Positions 38,324 through 47,563 of a DNA stretch of 64,000 nt are shown here, piece after piece. The DNA comes from Candidatus Limnocylindria bacterium (GTDB lineage Bacteria; Acidobacteriota; Terriglobia; Acidiferrales; UBA7541). Within the stretch, counting starts at the first letter, position 1; each line of letters begins with the position of its first letter. The stretch covers positions 29,380 to 93,379 of the forward strand of contig DATHIB010000164.1 of assembly GCA_035490055.1 (NCBI GenBank), in the 5' to 3' direction. Under the pieces are notes generated by a model that saw nothing but the letters and a program-made list of their open reading frames with translations, searched no databases and was not told where the DNA came from. The translations under genes and the position numbers were made by a program.

Positions 38324-39247
38324 ATGAATTCGATCATCATCGATGCGCCCATCCCAGATGACAAACGTCGCGAACTACTCTATCGCGGCCAATTGCTCGT
38401 CTATTCCCCCACGCCGAGCTCTCTCGCGCTCGTTGATTTTGCCCGCAAGATGGCCGAGGAGGCGTTCCACCCCCTCGACCCGGAAACCGCTCAATTCCAT
38501 TTGGCGGTGGAGCGTTACGCGGCAATCCTTTCCGAGCTTAAGCCAAAATTCATTCATGCTGCGGAATCCAAGAAATGTATCCAAGGGATGTTGCGCGAAC
38601 TCGGCGCCGATCCGGAGAAGACGTACTTTGACGTGCCGCGGATGCGCTCTTCCACAAGCGATGATTTCCTTACGTCCGGTATTGCCTACGCTTTCCACCC
38701 GCACCGCGACACGTGGTATTCCGCGCCGATGTGCCAGATCAATTGGTGGATGCCGATTTATCCGATCGTTTCGGAGAATGCGATGGCTTTTCATCCACAC
38801 TATTGGAGCCAGGCGGTACGCAACGGTTCCGCCGAATACAACTACGCCGAGTGGAACCGCACCAGCCGGCAGAACGCGGCTCAATTCCTCAAGCAAGACA
38901 CTCGAAAGCAACCCAAGCCAGAAGAGCCGATGGAACTCGATCCTCAAATCCGAGTGATCGCACCGCCGGGTGGAGTTCTGCTTTTCTCCGCCGCCCAAAT
39001 GCATTCCAGCGTGCCCAATAATTCGGGCCGCACGCGGTTCAGCATCGATTTTCGTACCGTCAACGTGGATGACGTTGTCGCACGGCGGGGCGCTCCGAAC
39101 GTGGACTCGGCTTGCACGGGAACGACGATGGGCGATTACCTGCGCGGGACAGACTTGGCTCACTTGCCGGAAAAATATTTTGAGTTGTACGAGACGCAGC
39201 CGCCGTTCGCGAAGCCGGAGGAATTCGAGACCGCGACGTCGGCATAG
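38324..39247 (+). CDS. Putative Fe(II)/2-oxoglutarate-dependent oxygenase
   Basis: HxD (HRDTWY), distal His (QMHSS) and RFSIDFR give the DSBH facial-triad pattern. Confidence 0.6.
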   Translation: MNSIIIDAPIPDDKRRELLYRGQLLVYSPTPSSLALVDFARKMAEEAFHPLDPETAQFHLAVERYAAILSELKPKFIHAAESKKCIQGMLRELGADPEKTYFDVPRMRSSTSDDFLTSGIAYAFHPHRDTWYSAPMCQINWWMPIYPIVSENAMAFHPHYWSQAVRNGSAEYNYAEWNRTSRQNAAQFLKQDTRKQPKPEEPMELDPQIRVIAPPGGVLLFSAAQMHSSVPNNSGRTRFSIDFRTVNVDDVVARRGAPNVDSACTGTTMGDYLRGTDLAHLPEKYFELYETQPPFAKPEEFETATSA

Positions 39248-39289
39248 CACCGTCGAGGTCATGCCTTTACTCAAATTCGACCAGGACTA

Positions 39290-40537
39290 TTGATGACTCC
39301 AGAGAACCAATCCGGATGCAGATTTTGCGGGACGAAGCTCGAACACACGTTCGTGGATCTGGGAATGTCGCCGTTGTGCGAGAGCTTTCTTCCCGGGGAC
39401 CACTTGAATCAGATGGAAGCGTTCTATCCGCTGCACGCATATGTTTGCGGTAAGTGTTTTCTGGTACAGCTGGAAGCATACGTCACGCCGGAACACATCT
39501 TCAGCGACTACGCATATTTTTCGTCATATTCGGACTCGTGGCTGGCGCATGCAAAGAAGTACACGGGCGGGATGATGGAGCAGTTTGGAATCGGCGAAAA
39601 GAGTTTTGTGGTGGAACTGGCCAGCAACGACGGATATCTGCTGCAGTACTTTGTCGAGAAGCGTGTGCCGGTGCTGGGAATTGAACCAGCGGCAAATGTT
39701 GCGGCGGTGGCGGTGAAGAAGGGTGTGCCGTCGCTAGTGAAGTTTTTTGGGAGAGAGACGGCCCGGGAGCTGGCGGTAGCGGGAAAACAGGCGGATTTGC
39801 TGCTCGGGAATAATGTTCTCGCGCAAGTGCCGGACCTGAACGACTTTGTGGCGGGTATGAAAATCCTGCTGAAGCCGTCGGGCGTGATCACCATGGAGTT
39901 TCCCCACCTGCAGCGGCTGATGGAAGAAAACCAGTTCGACACGATTTATCACGAACATTTTTCCTACTTTTCCTTTTTGACGGTGGAGAAGATCTTCGCA
40001 GAGCATGGAATCACGCTCTTCGACGTTGAGGAACTGCCGACGCATGGCGGATCGCTGCGGATTTACGGGCGGCATGCAGAAGATTCATCGAAACCGGTGG
40101 CGGAGCGAGTCAGGGAGTTGCGTAGGCGAGAAGAAGCGGCCGGAACCACGCGTCTGGAGACGTACTCGCGTTTTGCGGAGCAGGTGAAGGAGACGAAGCG
40201 GAAGCTGCTGGAGTTTTTGATTTCCGCGAAACGCAATGGGAAAAAGATCGCGGGGTACGGAGCGCCAGGGAAGGGCAATACTCTGTTGAATTACTGCGCC
40301 ATCCGCACGGATTTCCTGGATTACACTGTGGACAGAAATCCTTACAAGCACGGCAGATTCTTGCCGGGGACCCATGTTCCGATTTTTCCGCCGGACCGCA
40401 TCCGGGAGACGAAGCCGGACTTTCTGCTGATTCTTCCCTGGAATTTGAAGGACGAAATCATCAAGCAGAACGCGTTTATTCGCGAGTGGGGCGGGAAGTT
40501 CGTCGTGCCGATTCCGGAGGTGCAAGTTCATGAGTGA
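39290..40537 (+). CDS. SAM-dependent NDP-sugar C-methyltransferase
   Basis: Zn motifs CRFCG and CGKC, VELASNDG, HEHFSYFS, HGGSLR, YGAPGKGNTLLNY. Confidence 0.9.
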   Translation: MMTPENQSGCRFCGTKLEHTFVDLGMSPLCESFLPGDHLNQMEAFYPLHAYVCGKCFLVQLEAYVTPEHIFSDYAYFSSYSDSWLAHAKKYTGGMMEQFGIGEKSFVVELASNDGYLLQYFVEKRVPVLGIEPAANVAAVAVKKGVPSLVKFFGRETARELAVAGKQADLLLGNNVLAQVPDLNDFVAGMKILLKPSGVITMEFPHLQRLMEENQFDTIYHEHFSYFSFLTVEKIFAEHGITLFDVEELPTHGGSLRIYGRHAEDSSKPVAERVRELRRREEAAGTTRLETYSRFAEQVKETKRKLLEFLISAKRNGKKIAGYGAPGKGNTLLNYCAIRTDFLDYTVDRNPYKHGRFLPGTHVPIFPPDRIRETKPDFLLILPWNLKDEIIKQNAFIREWGGKFVVPIPEVQVHE

Positions 40538-40705
40538 TGCACCGCTGGCAGAAATCGTGAGCGCCGGGGAAGTTCCTGGCCCGTGTGCGCACCTCGTTTT
40601 CGAATCGGGACAGGGAACGAAGAACCAGATCAAGATCTATCGCTGGTATGGAAACAGCGCGTCCAGAGTTCTCGCGAGTTCTCAAGCGGTGAAGGAGTAA
40701 CGCAG

Positions 40706-41572
40706 ATGAAAGTGGTCATTTTTTGCGGCGGACTTGGGATGCGCTTGCGGGAATATGCCGACAATGTTCCCAAGCCAATGGTGCCCATTGGCTACCGGCC
40801 AGTGCTGTGGCACGTCATGAAGTACTACGCGCACTTTGGTCACAAGGATTTTATTTTGTGCCTGGGTTATCGCGCGGACGCCATCAAGCAGTACTTCCTC
40901 CATTACGACGAGTGCGTGTCCAACGATTTTTCGCTCTCAAAGGGCGGCAAGGACCTGCAACTCTTCAACAGCGATATTCACGATTGGAACATCACGTTCG
41001 CTGAAACCGGTATGCATTCGAACATTGGGCAGCGGCTCAAAGCCGTGGAAAAATACCTCGTGGGCGAGGAGGCATTCCTAGCGAATTATGCCGACGGCCT
41101 TACCGACCTGGAGCTTCCGAGACTCATCGAGTTTTCAAAGCAACACGACAAGATTGCCACGTTTGTTTCCGCGAAGCCGAATTTGACTTATCACCTTGTT
41201 TCTGCCGGGCCGGACGGTGTGGTGAGCGATATCAAATCCATTCGCGATGCTGAACTTCGTATCAACAGCGGATATTTTGTTCTCAAGCAGGATATTTTCA
41301 AGCATATGCGCGATGGAGAAGAACTGGTCCTCGAGCCTTTCAGGCGATTGATCCAGGAAAAGCAGTTGATGGCGTACGAACACAACGGCTTTTACGCCTC
41401 CATGGATACATTCAAGGACAAGCAGCAATTGGATGATTTGTATGCGCGGGGAGACGCGCCCTGGGTGGTTTGGAAATCCAACTCCCCGCAAGGTGCCGCT
41501 CCGGCGCCGGAGACCGTGAAAACCTCCGCTGGTGATTCTGCCGGCTACGTCGTGAGTCGTCGTGATGGTTGA
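40706..41572 (+). CDS. rfbF: Glucose-1-phosphate cytidylyltransferase
   Basis: MKVVIFCGGLGMRL, PKPMVPIG, NYADGL, MDTFKD. ATG 40706 follows an AAGGAG RBS. Confidence 0.88.
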   Translation: MKVVIFCGGLGMRLREYADNVPKPMVPIGYRPVLWHVMKYYAHFGHKDFILCLGYRADAIKQYFLHYDECVSNDFSLSKGGKDLQLFNSDIHDWNITFAETGMHSNIGQRLKAVEKYLVGEEAFLANYADGLTDLELPRLIEFSKQHDKIATFVSAKPNLTYHLVSAGPDGVVSDIKSIRDAELRINSGYFVLKQDIFKHMRDGEELVLEPFRRLIQEKQLMAYEHNGFYASMDTFKDKQQLDDLYARGDAPWVVWKSNSPQGAAPAPETVKTSAGDSAGYVVSRRDG

Positions 41573-42218
41573 GTTTCAACTGGGTTCTGCCCGGCAACCC
41601 CTGCGCCGAATCCTGTGCCTGGGTTCGCACTGCGATGACATTGAGATTGGGTGCGGCGGAACGATTCTGCACCTCCTGCGTGAACGTCGGGAAGTCGAAA
41701 TCTACTGGCTGGTATTCAGCTCGACTCCAGTTCGAAAGAAGGAAGCTCTGCGAGCGGCGAATCTCTTTCTTGCGTCTGCAAAGAAAAAGAGAATTGTGAT
41801 TCGCAGCTATCGCGACAGTTTTTTCCCTTCGCTTCACGCGCGGATCAAAGTGGAGTTCGAAAAACTTAAAAAAGAGTTTGTTCCCGATCTCATTCTGACG
41901 CACTACCGCCACGATCTGCATCAGGATCATCGAGTGGTTTGTGAACTGACTTGGAACACGTTTCGCAGCCATCTGATCTTGGAATACGAGATTCCCAAGT
42001 ACGATGGCGACCTGGGAATCCCGAACTTCTTTGTCGCACTGGATCGCGCCACTTGTGAACGGAAGTCGAAGCATATTCTGGACGCGTTTGCGTCTCAGCG
42101 GGCAAAGCAGTGGTTCACTGCGGACACCTTTATGGGTTTACAGCGAATCCGGGGCATCGAAGCGAATAGCCCAGGCGGATACGCGGAAGGTTTTCATTGT
42201 CGAAAGCTAGTATGGTGA
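41565..42218 (+). CDS. PIG-L/LmbE-family deacetylase
   Basis: LGSHCDDIEIGCGG (HxDD), THYRHDLHQDH. Confidence 0.87.
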   Translation: MVEFQLGSARQPLRRILCLGSHCDDIEIGCGGTILHLLRERREVEIYWLVFSSTPVRKKEALRAANLFLASAKKKRIVIRSYRDSFFPSLHARIKVEFEKLKKEFVPDLILTHYRHDLHQDHRVVCELTWNTFRSHLILEYEIPKYDGDLGIPNFFVALDRATCERKSKHILDAFASQRAKQWFTADTFMGLQRIRGIEANSPGGYAEGFHCRKLVW

Positions 42219-43060
42219 TACCGGATCAGAAATCGCTCCCGTCCATTCCGCAAGCTCGCGAAGAAATCACCGCCACAAAAGCGGAATGGATGTCGGAACT
42301 CTGGCATTTTCGCGAGCTGCTCTATTTCCTCGCGTGGCGTGACGTGAAGGTGCGGTATAAACAAGCCGCTTTCGGCGCTGCGTGGGCCATCATCCAGCCG
42401 CTTTTTACGATGCTGATTTTCACGTTCTTTTTTGGCCGGATGGCGAATATTCCCAGCGGCGGCATCCCCTATCCTCTTTTTTTCTACACCACGCTCGTTC
42501 CTTGGACATATTTTGCAGGAACGCTCGGCCAGGGCGGAAATAGTCTCGTGAGCAACGCTCCATTAATCACGAAGATCTATTTTCCGCGAATTCTGCTGCC
42601 TGCCTCTTCGGCATTGAGCAGCTTGTTGGACTTCGGTGTCGGCTCGTCCTTCCTGGTTGTAATGATGGCGTATTACCGGGTGAAACCCAGCTGGACGCTC
42701 GTGTTCTGGCCGCTGGCCGTTCTGGAAATGCTGCTGGTCACCCTGGGGATTAGCATGTGGTTCGCAGCGCTCAATGTCCGCTATCGCGACATCAAGCACG
42801 TCATTCCCTTCATGATCCAGCTCGGGCTCTGGGTGAGTCCTGTTCTTTACCCGGTGAGTTATCTCTCTCCCCGTTGGCGGCCGTTGCTTGCTCTCAATCC
42901 GCTTTCCGCCGTTATGGAAGGATTCCGCGCCTGTATTTTCCCCAGTCATCAGCTGGACTGGAAATTGATGGCAACTTCGCTGGGCACTTCGCTTCTTTTC
43001 TTCGTGATCGGAGTTCTCTATTTCCGCAAGGCGGAGCGGACCTTTGCCGACATTATTTGA
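42212..43060 (+). CDS. wzm: ABC-2 polysaccharide exporter permease
   Basis: RDVKVRYKQ, WAIIQPL, ITKIYFPR, VRYRDI, ERTFADII. Confidence 0.92.
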   Translation: MVIPDQKSLPSIPQAREEITATKAEWMSELWHFRELLYFLAWRDVKVRYKQAAFGAAWAIIQPLFTMLIFTFFFGRMANIPSGGIPYPLFFYTTLVPWTYFAGTLGQGGNSLVSNAPLITKIYFPRILLPASSALSSLLDFGVGSSFLVVMMAYYRVKPSWTLVFWPLAVLEMLLVTLGISMWFAALNVRYRDIKHVIPFMIQLGLWVSPVLYPVSYLSPRWRPLLALNPLSAVMEGFRACIFPSHQLDWKLMATSLGTSLLFFVIGVLYFRKAERTFADII

Positions 43061-43167
43061 TTTGGTTTTAAAGAAGGAAAGCTGCCGATGATAATTCAAC
43101 GCGCACACCGGGCAATCGAACAAGGAGAATGCACGCGCCCTCCTGCCAGAATGATCAAGGGACTCGC

Positions 43168-44493
43168 ATGAACGATTCGATTCGCGTCGAACATCTTTCG
43201 AAGGAGTACCGCCTGGGGAAAATGAGCCAGGAGACGATGCTCCGCGAGCGCCTGGCCAGCTTCCTGAAGAATCCCTTCACCAGGGAATCCGCTATTGCCG
43301 AGACGTTATGGGCGCTGCGAGATGTTACGTTCTCCATCAAACAAGGAGAAGTCGTCGGCATAATCGGCCGCAACGGAGCCGGTAAGAGCACCTTGTTGAA
43401 AGTGCTTTCCAAGATCACCTATCCGACCTCCGGCCGGGTAAAGGTTCGCGGCCGGGTCGCTTCCTTACTCGAGGTTGGCACTGGCTTTCACGAAGAGCTC
43501 ACCGGAAGAGAAAACATCTTTCTGAACGGCTCTATTCTTGGGATGAAGCAGAAAGAGGTCGAAGCCAAGCTCGACCAGATTATTGAATTCGCCGGAGTGG
43601 AACGTTTCATTGATACTCCCATCAAACGCTATTCCTCCGGCATGCGATTGCGGCTGGGTTTTGCAGTTGCTGCGCACTTGGAACCTGACGTTCTGATCGT
43701 CGATGAGGTGTTGGCCGTCGGTGACGCGGGCTTCCAGAAAAAATGCCTGAGCGTCATGGAAGATCTGCGAAAAGGCGGTAGAACCGTCTTGTTCGTCTCG
43801 CACAACATGGCGGCCGTGGAAAATCTTTGCACGCGCGGCATCTGGATCGACAGTGGCGGTGTCCGGCAAGACGGGCCGACCCGCCAGGTCATCGAATCGT
43901 ATTTGTCATCTTTCGCGGAGACTCAGCAGAGCGCTTCGGACTTGAGCGTGGTGGAATCCCGCCACGGCAACGGCGATATTCGCTACACGGGCATCTCGTT
44001 TCTCGGTCTGGATGGGCAGCCACAATTGGTTACGCGAAGCGGCGACAGCATCCGGTTGCGATTCCACTTTCATGCCAAGAAAACAATTCCGTACCCAAGT
44101 TTTGGATTCCGGCTTCTGACCGAGATGGGGACCCTCGTCACCGATACCAGCACCTGGCATCACAGCCTGGACATTCCTGAAATTGCTCCAGGAGAGGGCT
44201 ATCTAGACCTGGAGATCGATTTCCTGAATCTCCTCCCCGGCCGTTACGATTTGTCGCTCTGGATCACCGGCCTTAGCCAGATCGTCTACGACGGCGTTGA
44301 ACATTGCGCAAAGCTCGAGGTTGAATTGGCGAATGTCTACCGCTCCGGGAGACAGCTCGATTCGCGGTCCGGCATCGTCTACTTTCCTCAGAAATGGAAT
44401 TTGCAGGGACTGCACAGCGAGCGGCTGAGCCGCGCGGACGAGCCGTCTGAAGAGGAGCGCGAAAAGTGGAGCGCGCACCGAACACAACTCTAG
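43168..44493 (+). CDS. wzt: ABC polysaccharide exporter ATPase with C-terminal carbohydrate-binding domain (Wzt-C)
   Basis: GRNGAGKS, YSSGM, LIVDE, HNM, followed by a ~190-aa beta-sandwich extension. Confidence 0.92.
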   Translation: MNDSIRVEHLSKEYRLGKMSQETMLRERLASFLKNPFTRESAIAETLWALRDVTFSIKQGEVVGIIGRNGAGKSTLLKVLSKITYPTSGRVKVRGRVASLLEVGTGFHEELTGRENIFLNGSILGMKQKEVEAKLDQIIEFAGVERFIDTPIKRYSSGMRLRLGFAVAAHLEPDVLIVDEVLAVGDAGFQKKCLSVMEDLRKGGRTVLFVSHNMAAVENLCTRGIWIDSGGVRQDGPTRQVIESYLSSFAETQQSASDLSVVESRHGNGDIRYTGISFLGLDGQPQLVTRSGDSIRLRFHFHAKKTIPYPSFGFRLLTEMGTLVTDTSTWHHSLDIPEIAPGEGYLDLEIDFLNLLPGRYDLSLWITGLSQIVYDGVEHCAKLEVELANVYRSGRQLDSRSGIVYFPQKWNLQGLHSERLSRADEPSEEEREKWSAHRTQL

Positions 44494-45587
44494 AGAGCGA
44501 AAGACCGCTGGATCTCATTACCATGTCCTCCTATTCCATTGCCGATTTCTACGCTCACATACTGAGCCCAGCGCAACAGCCGCTCGTGAGTGTGATCACG
44601 CCGGTCTATAATGGCGAGGAATTCCTGCCGGAATGCATCGACAGTGTGCTTGCGCAGACCTATCAGAATTGGGACTACACCATCGTCAATAACCGCAGCA
44701 CGGATCGCACACTCGAGATCGCGAAGAGCTACGCGGCCAAAGATTTGCGGATTCGAGTCCGCGACAATCGCGATTTTTTGCCCATCATTCAGAATCACAA
44801 TCACGCGATCAGCCAGATTTCTCGCCTGAGCAAGTACTGCAAAGTCGTACTGGCCGATGACTGGCTCTTTCCTGAATGCATCATGAAAATGGTGGCTCTT
44901 GCCGAAGCGCACCCATCCGTCGGTCTCGTCGGGGCGTATGGCCTCTACGGCGACGGCATGCACGTGATGTGGCGCGGTCTGCCTTTCCCGCGGACCGTGG
45001 TGACTGGCAGGGAAGTCTCCCGATTGCGACTGCTCAACGGTCGCTATGTTTTCGGCGCACCGACCGCGACGCTCGTTCGTTCGGATTTTGTTCGCAAAGA
45101 GAAAAAGTTCTACGACGAGTCCAATCTTCATGCGGATTCTACAGTTTGTTTCAGAATTCTTCAGGAATCTGATTTTGGCTTCGTTCACCAGTTGCTGACG
45201 TTTACCAGAACGCAGGGCGAATCCAATACGACCTTCGCGGAGCAAATGAACAGTATTCAGTTGTCCTTTCTGACGGAACTCGTTCAGTACGGCCCATCCA
45301 GTCTCGACAAGAACGAGTATGAGGATCGTATGCGGGTCCGCCTGCGCGAGTACTACCAGGTTCTTGCGGAAGGACTCTTGCAGTTGCGCGGCAAGAACTA
45401 TTTTGAATTTCACAAAAACTGGCTGCGCAACCTGGAAATGCCTTTGAGCTGGAGCAGGCTCCTCCGCGGATTCTGCATGGCCGCCTGGAACGGCATATCG
45501 CACCCGGTAGCAGCCGTGAGAAGTCTTGCCCGCTGGTGGGGCAAAGCAACGGCCTCCAAGAAGACCAACACCGGGGCTCGGACATAA
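44466..45587 (+). CDS. Glycosyltransferase family 2
   Basis: VSVITPVYNG, NNRSTD, LADD. Start is GTG 44466 or ATG 44523. Confidence 0.88.
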   Translation: MERAPNTTLESERPLDLITMSSYSIADFYAHILSPAQQPLVSVITPVYNGEEFLPECIDSVLAQTYQNWDYTIVNNRSTDRTLEIAKSYAAKDLRIRVRDNRDFLPIIQNHNHAISQISRLSKYCKVVLADDWLFPECIMKMVALAEAHPSVGLVGAYGLYGDGMHVMWRGLPFPRTVVTGREVSRLRLLNGRYVFGAPTATLVRSDFVRKEKKFYDESNLHADSTVCFRILQESDFGFVHQLLTFTRTQGESNTTFAEQMNSIQLSFLTELVQYGPSSLDKNEYEDRMRVRLREYYQVLAEGLLQLRGKNYFEFHKNWLRNLEMPLSWSRLLRGFCMAAWNGISHPVAAVRSLARWWGKATASKKTNTGART

Positions 45588-45590
45588 GCC

Positions 45591-46553
45591 ATGGACTTGA
45601 CGGTCATCATCTGCACCTGGAATCGCTCGAAGTCCCTTGCTGTCGCTTTGAATAGTCTCAAGGCTTCCGTTGTGCCCGAAGGGCTCGAATGGGAAGTGCT
45701 GGTCGTTGACAACAATTCGAAGGACGATACCCGTGCGGTTTGTGAATCCTTTATCGCGAAAAACTCGCACCGGTTCCGGTACTTTTTTCATGGCACGCAG
45801 GGCAAGACCAACGCCTTGAATGCCGGCATTCGGGAAGCCCGCAGCGAGATTCTCGCTCTGACGGATGACGATCTGACCGTCGATCATCACTGGGTCGCCG
45901 AAATGTACGATGCGTTCCAGAAATATGATTGCGCGGCGGTTGGCGGAAAAATCATCCCTGTGTGGAGCTGCAAGAAGCCTTCCTGGATTGTCTTCGACGG
46001 TCCCTACCGTCACCCTGCCTACGGTGGGATCGTGAATTTTGACAAGGGCGATGTGCCGTGCCAACTCACGGCGACGGCGATCGGCGCAAACATGGGCCTT
46101 CGCAAATCCATTTTTAAAAAGTATGGTCCCTACCGGACCGACCTCAACCGAATCAATGACCTGTTGGGTGGAGAGGACACTGAGTATTGCCGGAGACTTA
46201 TGCACGCGGGCGAACGCCTGATGTACGCTTCCAAGGCTGTGGTTTACCACCCGGTGGAAGAGTACCGCACCACGCGAAAGTATTTTCGGTCCATGGCGTT
46301 TCACTATGGCCGGTGGTCTATTCTCGTCGAGGGAGTTCCGGACGGCGCGAAATGCTATTTCGGCGTTCCGCGTTACCTGTTCCCGATCGCTCTGCGGTTT
46401 CTCGGGAAGTGGATGTTTTCGCTGGGGGAGCAACGCCGTTCTTTTTACAGGCTGGAGTTATTTCAGACCTTTGGGAGAATGGCCGAAAGCAAGAAATGGT
46501 TGCGGAATCGTCAAATGCAACAACACCTTCAGGGACTCCATCCGGCAAAATGA
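45591..46553 (+). CDS. Glycosyltransferase family 2
   Basis: VIICTWNRS, VVDNNSKD, LTDDD, GGEDTE. Confidence 0.9.
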   Translation: MDLTVIICTWNRSKSLAVALNSLKASVVPEGLEWEVLVVDNNSKDDTRAVCESFIAKNSHRFRYFFHGTQGKTNALNAGIREARSEILALTDDDLTVDHHWVAEMYDAFQKYDCAAVGGKIIPVWSCKKPSWIVFDGPYRHPAYGGIVNFDKGDVPCQLTATAIGANMGLRKSIFKKYGPYRTDLNRINDLLGGEDTEYCRRLMHAGERLMYASKAVVYHPVEEYRTTRKYFRSMAFHYGRWSILVEGVPDGAKCYFGVPRYLFPIALRFLGKWMFSLGEQRRSFYRLELFQTFGRMAESKKWLRNRQMQQHLQGLHPAK

Positions 46554-46615
46554 TTGTAGCAAGCGAAAGAACAGGGAAAGGCGAAAGTCAGCACCACGAT
46601 TCGCAAAGTTTCAGG

Positions 46616-47515
46616 ATGAAGCTCAGCATCATCATCGCCAGCTACAATCGAGCCGATAGCTTGCTCAAGTTTCTGCGCGGACTTTCGCATCAGGTTGTGC
46701 CGGACGGCGTGGATTGGGAGGTTGTGATCGTCGATAACAATTCCTCGGACGGGACAAAAAGTGCGATTGTGCCGTTCGTCCAAGAAACCCCGCCACGATG
46801 CATTTACCTGCTGGAAAGCCGGCAAGGAAAGTCAATCGCGCTCAATGCCGGGCTTCGCGCAGCCACCGGCGAAATTCTGGTTTTTACCGATGACGATTGC
46901 ATACCCGATCCGAAGTGGCTGGCCACGATTGCGCGGGAATTCGCCTCCGACCCCTCCCTGGGCGTGCTCGGAGGGAGAGTCGAGCTTTTTGATAAACAAG
47001 ATCGGCCCATAACCATCCGGAGCTTCCCCGAGAGGACGCCCATTGAATCGCGCGATCAGCTTTTCTTGTTCCTGATTGGCGCCAACATGTCGATTCGCCG
47101 GAAGATTTTTGATGTGGTGGGAGATTTCGATCCCTTCCTTGGTCCTGGATCAAGAATCGGCGCGGTGATGGAAGATCTCGATTTTCTCTATCGAGTCTTC
47201 CGGGAAAAATTCAAGATCATCTATTCGCCCGACGTCCTTGTCTATCACAATCATGGGCGAACCACCGACGCTCAAATTCAGGCTCTGAATCACCGGTACG
47301 TTGTGGGCCGCGGGGCGTTCTACTGCAAGCACATCCTGGGAGGCGACCGGAAAGTACTCAAAATGGCCTACTGGGAGGTCTCCTCTTTAACCAAAGGCAT
47401 GCTGAAGGATTTTTTCGCAGGCAGGAAGTTCCGGGAGCAGCGCAGCCTTCTCTGGGCACTATTGGTGGGCGCCGGTGGCCGTCTCGCGTGGAATCCCAAG
47501 GTCCGCCGGATTTGA
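46616..47515 (+). CDS. Glycosyltransferase family 2
   Basis: MKLSIIIASYNR, IVDNNSSD, FTDDD, EDLDF. Start at ATG 46616; the 46187 extension overlaps the previous gene. Confidence 0.9.
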   Translation: MKLSIIIASYNRADSLLKFLRGLSHQVVPDGVDWEVVIVDNNSSDGTKSAIVPFVQETPPRCIYLLESRQGKSIALNAGLRAATGEILVFTDDDCIPDPKWLATIAREFASDPSLGVLGGRVELFDKQDRPITIRSFPERTPIESRDQLFLFLIGANMSIRRKIFDVVGDFDPFLGPGSRIGAVMEDLDFLYRVFREKFKIIYSPDVLVYHNHGRTTDAQIQALNHRYVVGRGAFYCKHILGGDRKVLKMAYWEVSSLTKGMLKDFFAGRKFREQRSLLWALLVGAGGRLAWNPKVRRI

Positions 47516-47563
47516 ACGCTCTTCTTTTTTTAAGGACGATGAGAGGAAGGATCGCGAGATAGG

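Noticed and set aside
39290-40537. Horizontal acquisition of the methyl-sugar cassette, suggested by a more G-rich look
   Set aside because: Impression only; no flanking integrase, IS or tRNA, and I could not compute codon or k-mer statistics.
44490-46433. 647-aa antisense ORF
   Set aside because: It lies opposite two well-supported GT2 genes and has no motifs; a shadow ORF of GC-rich codon usage.
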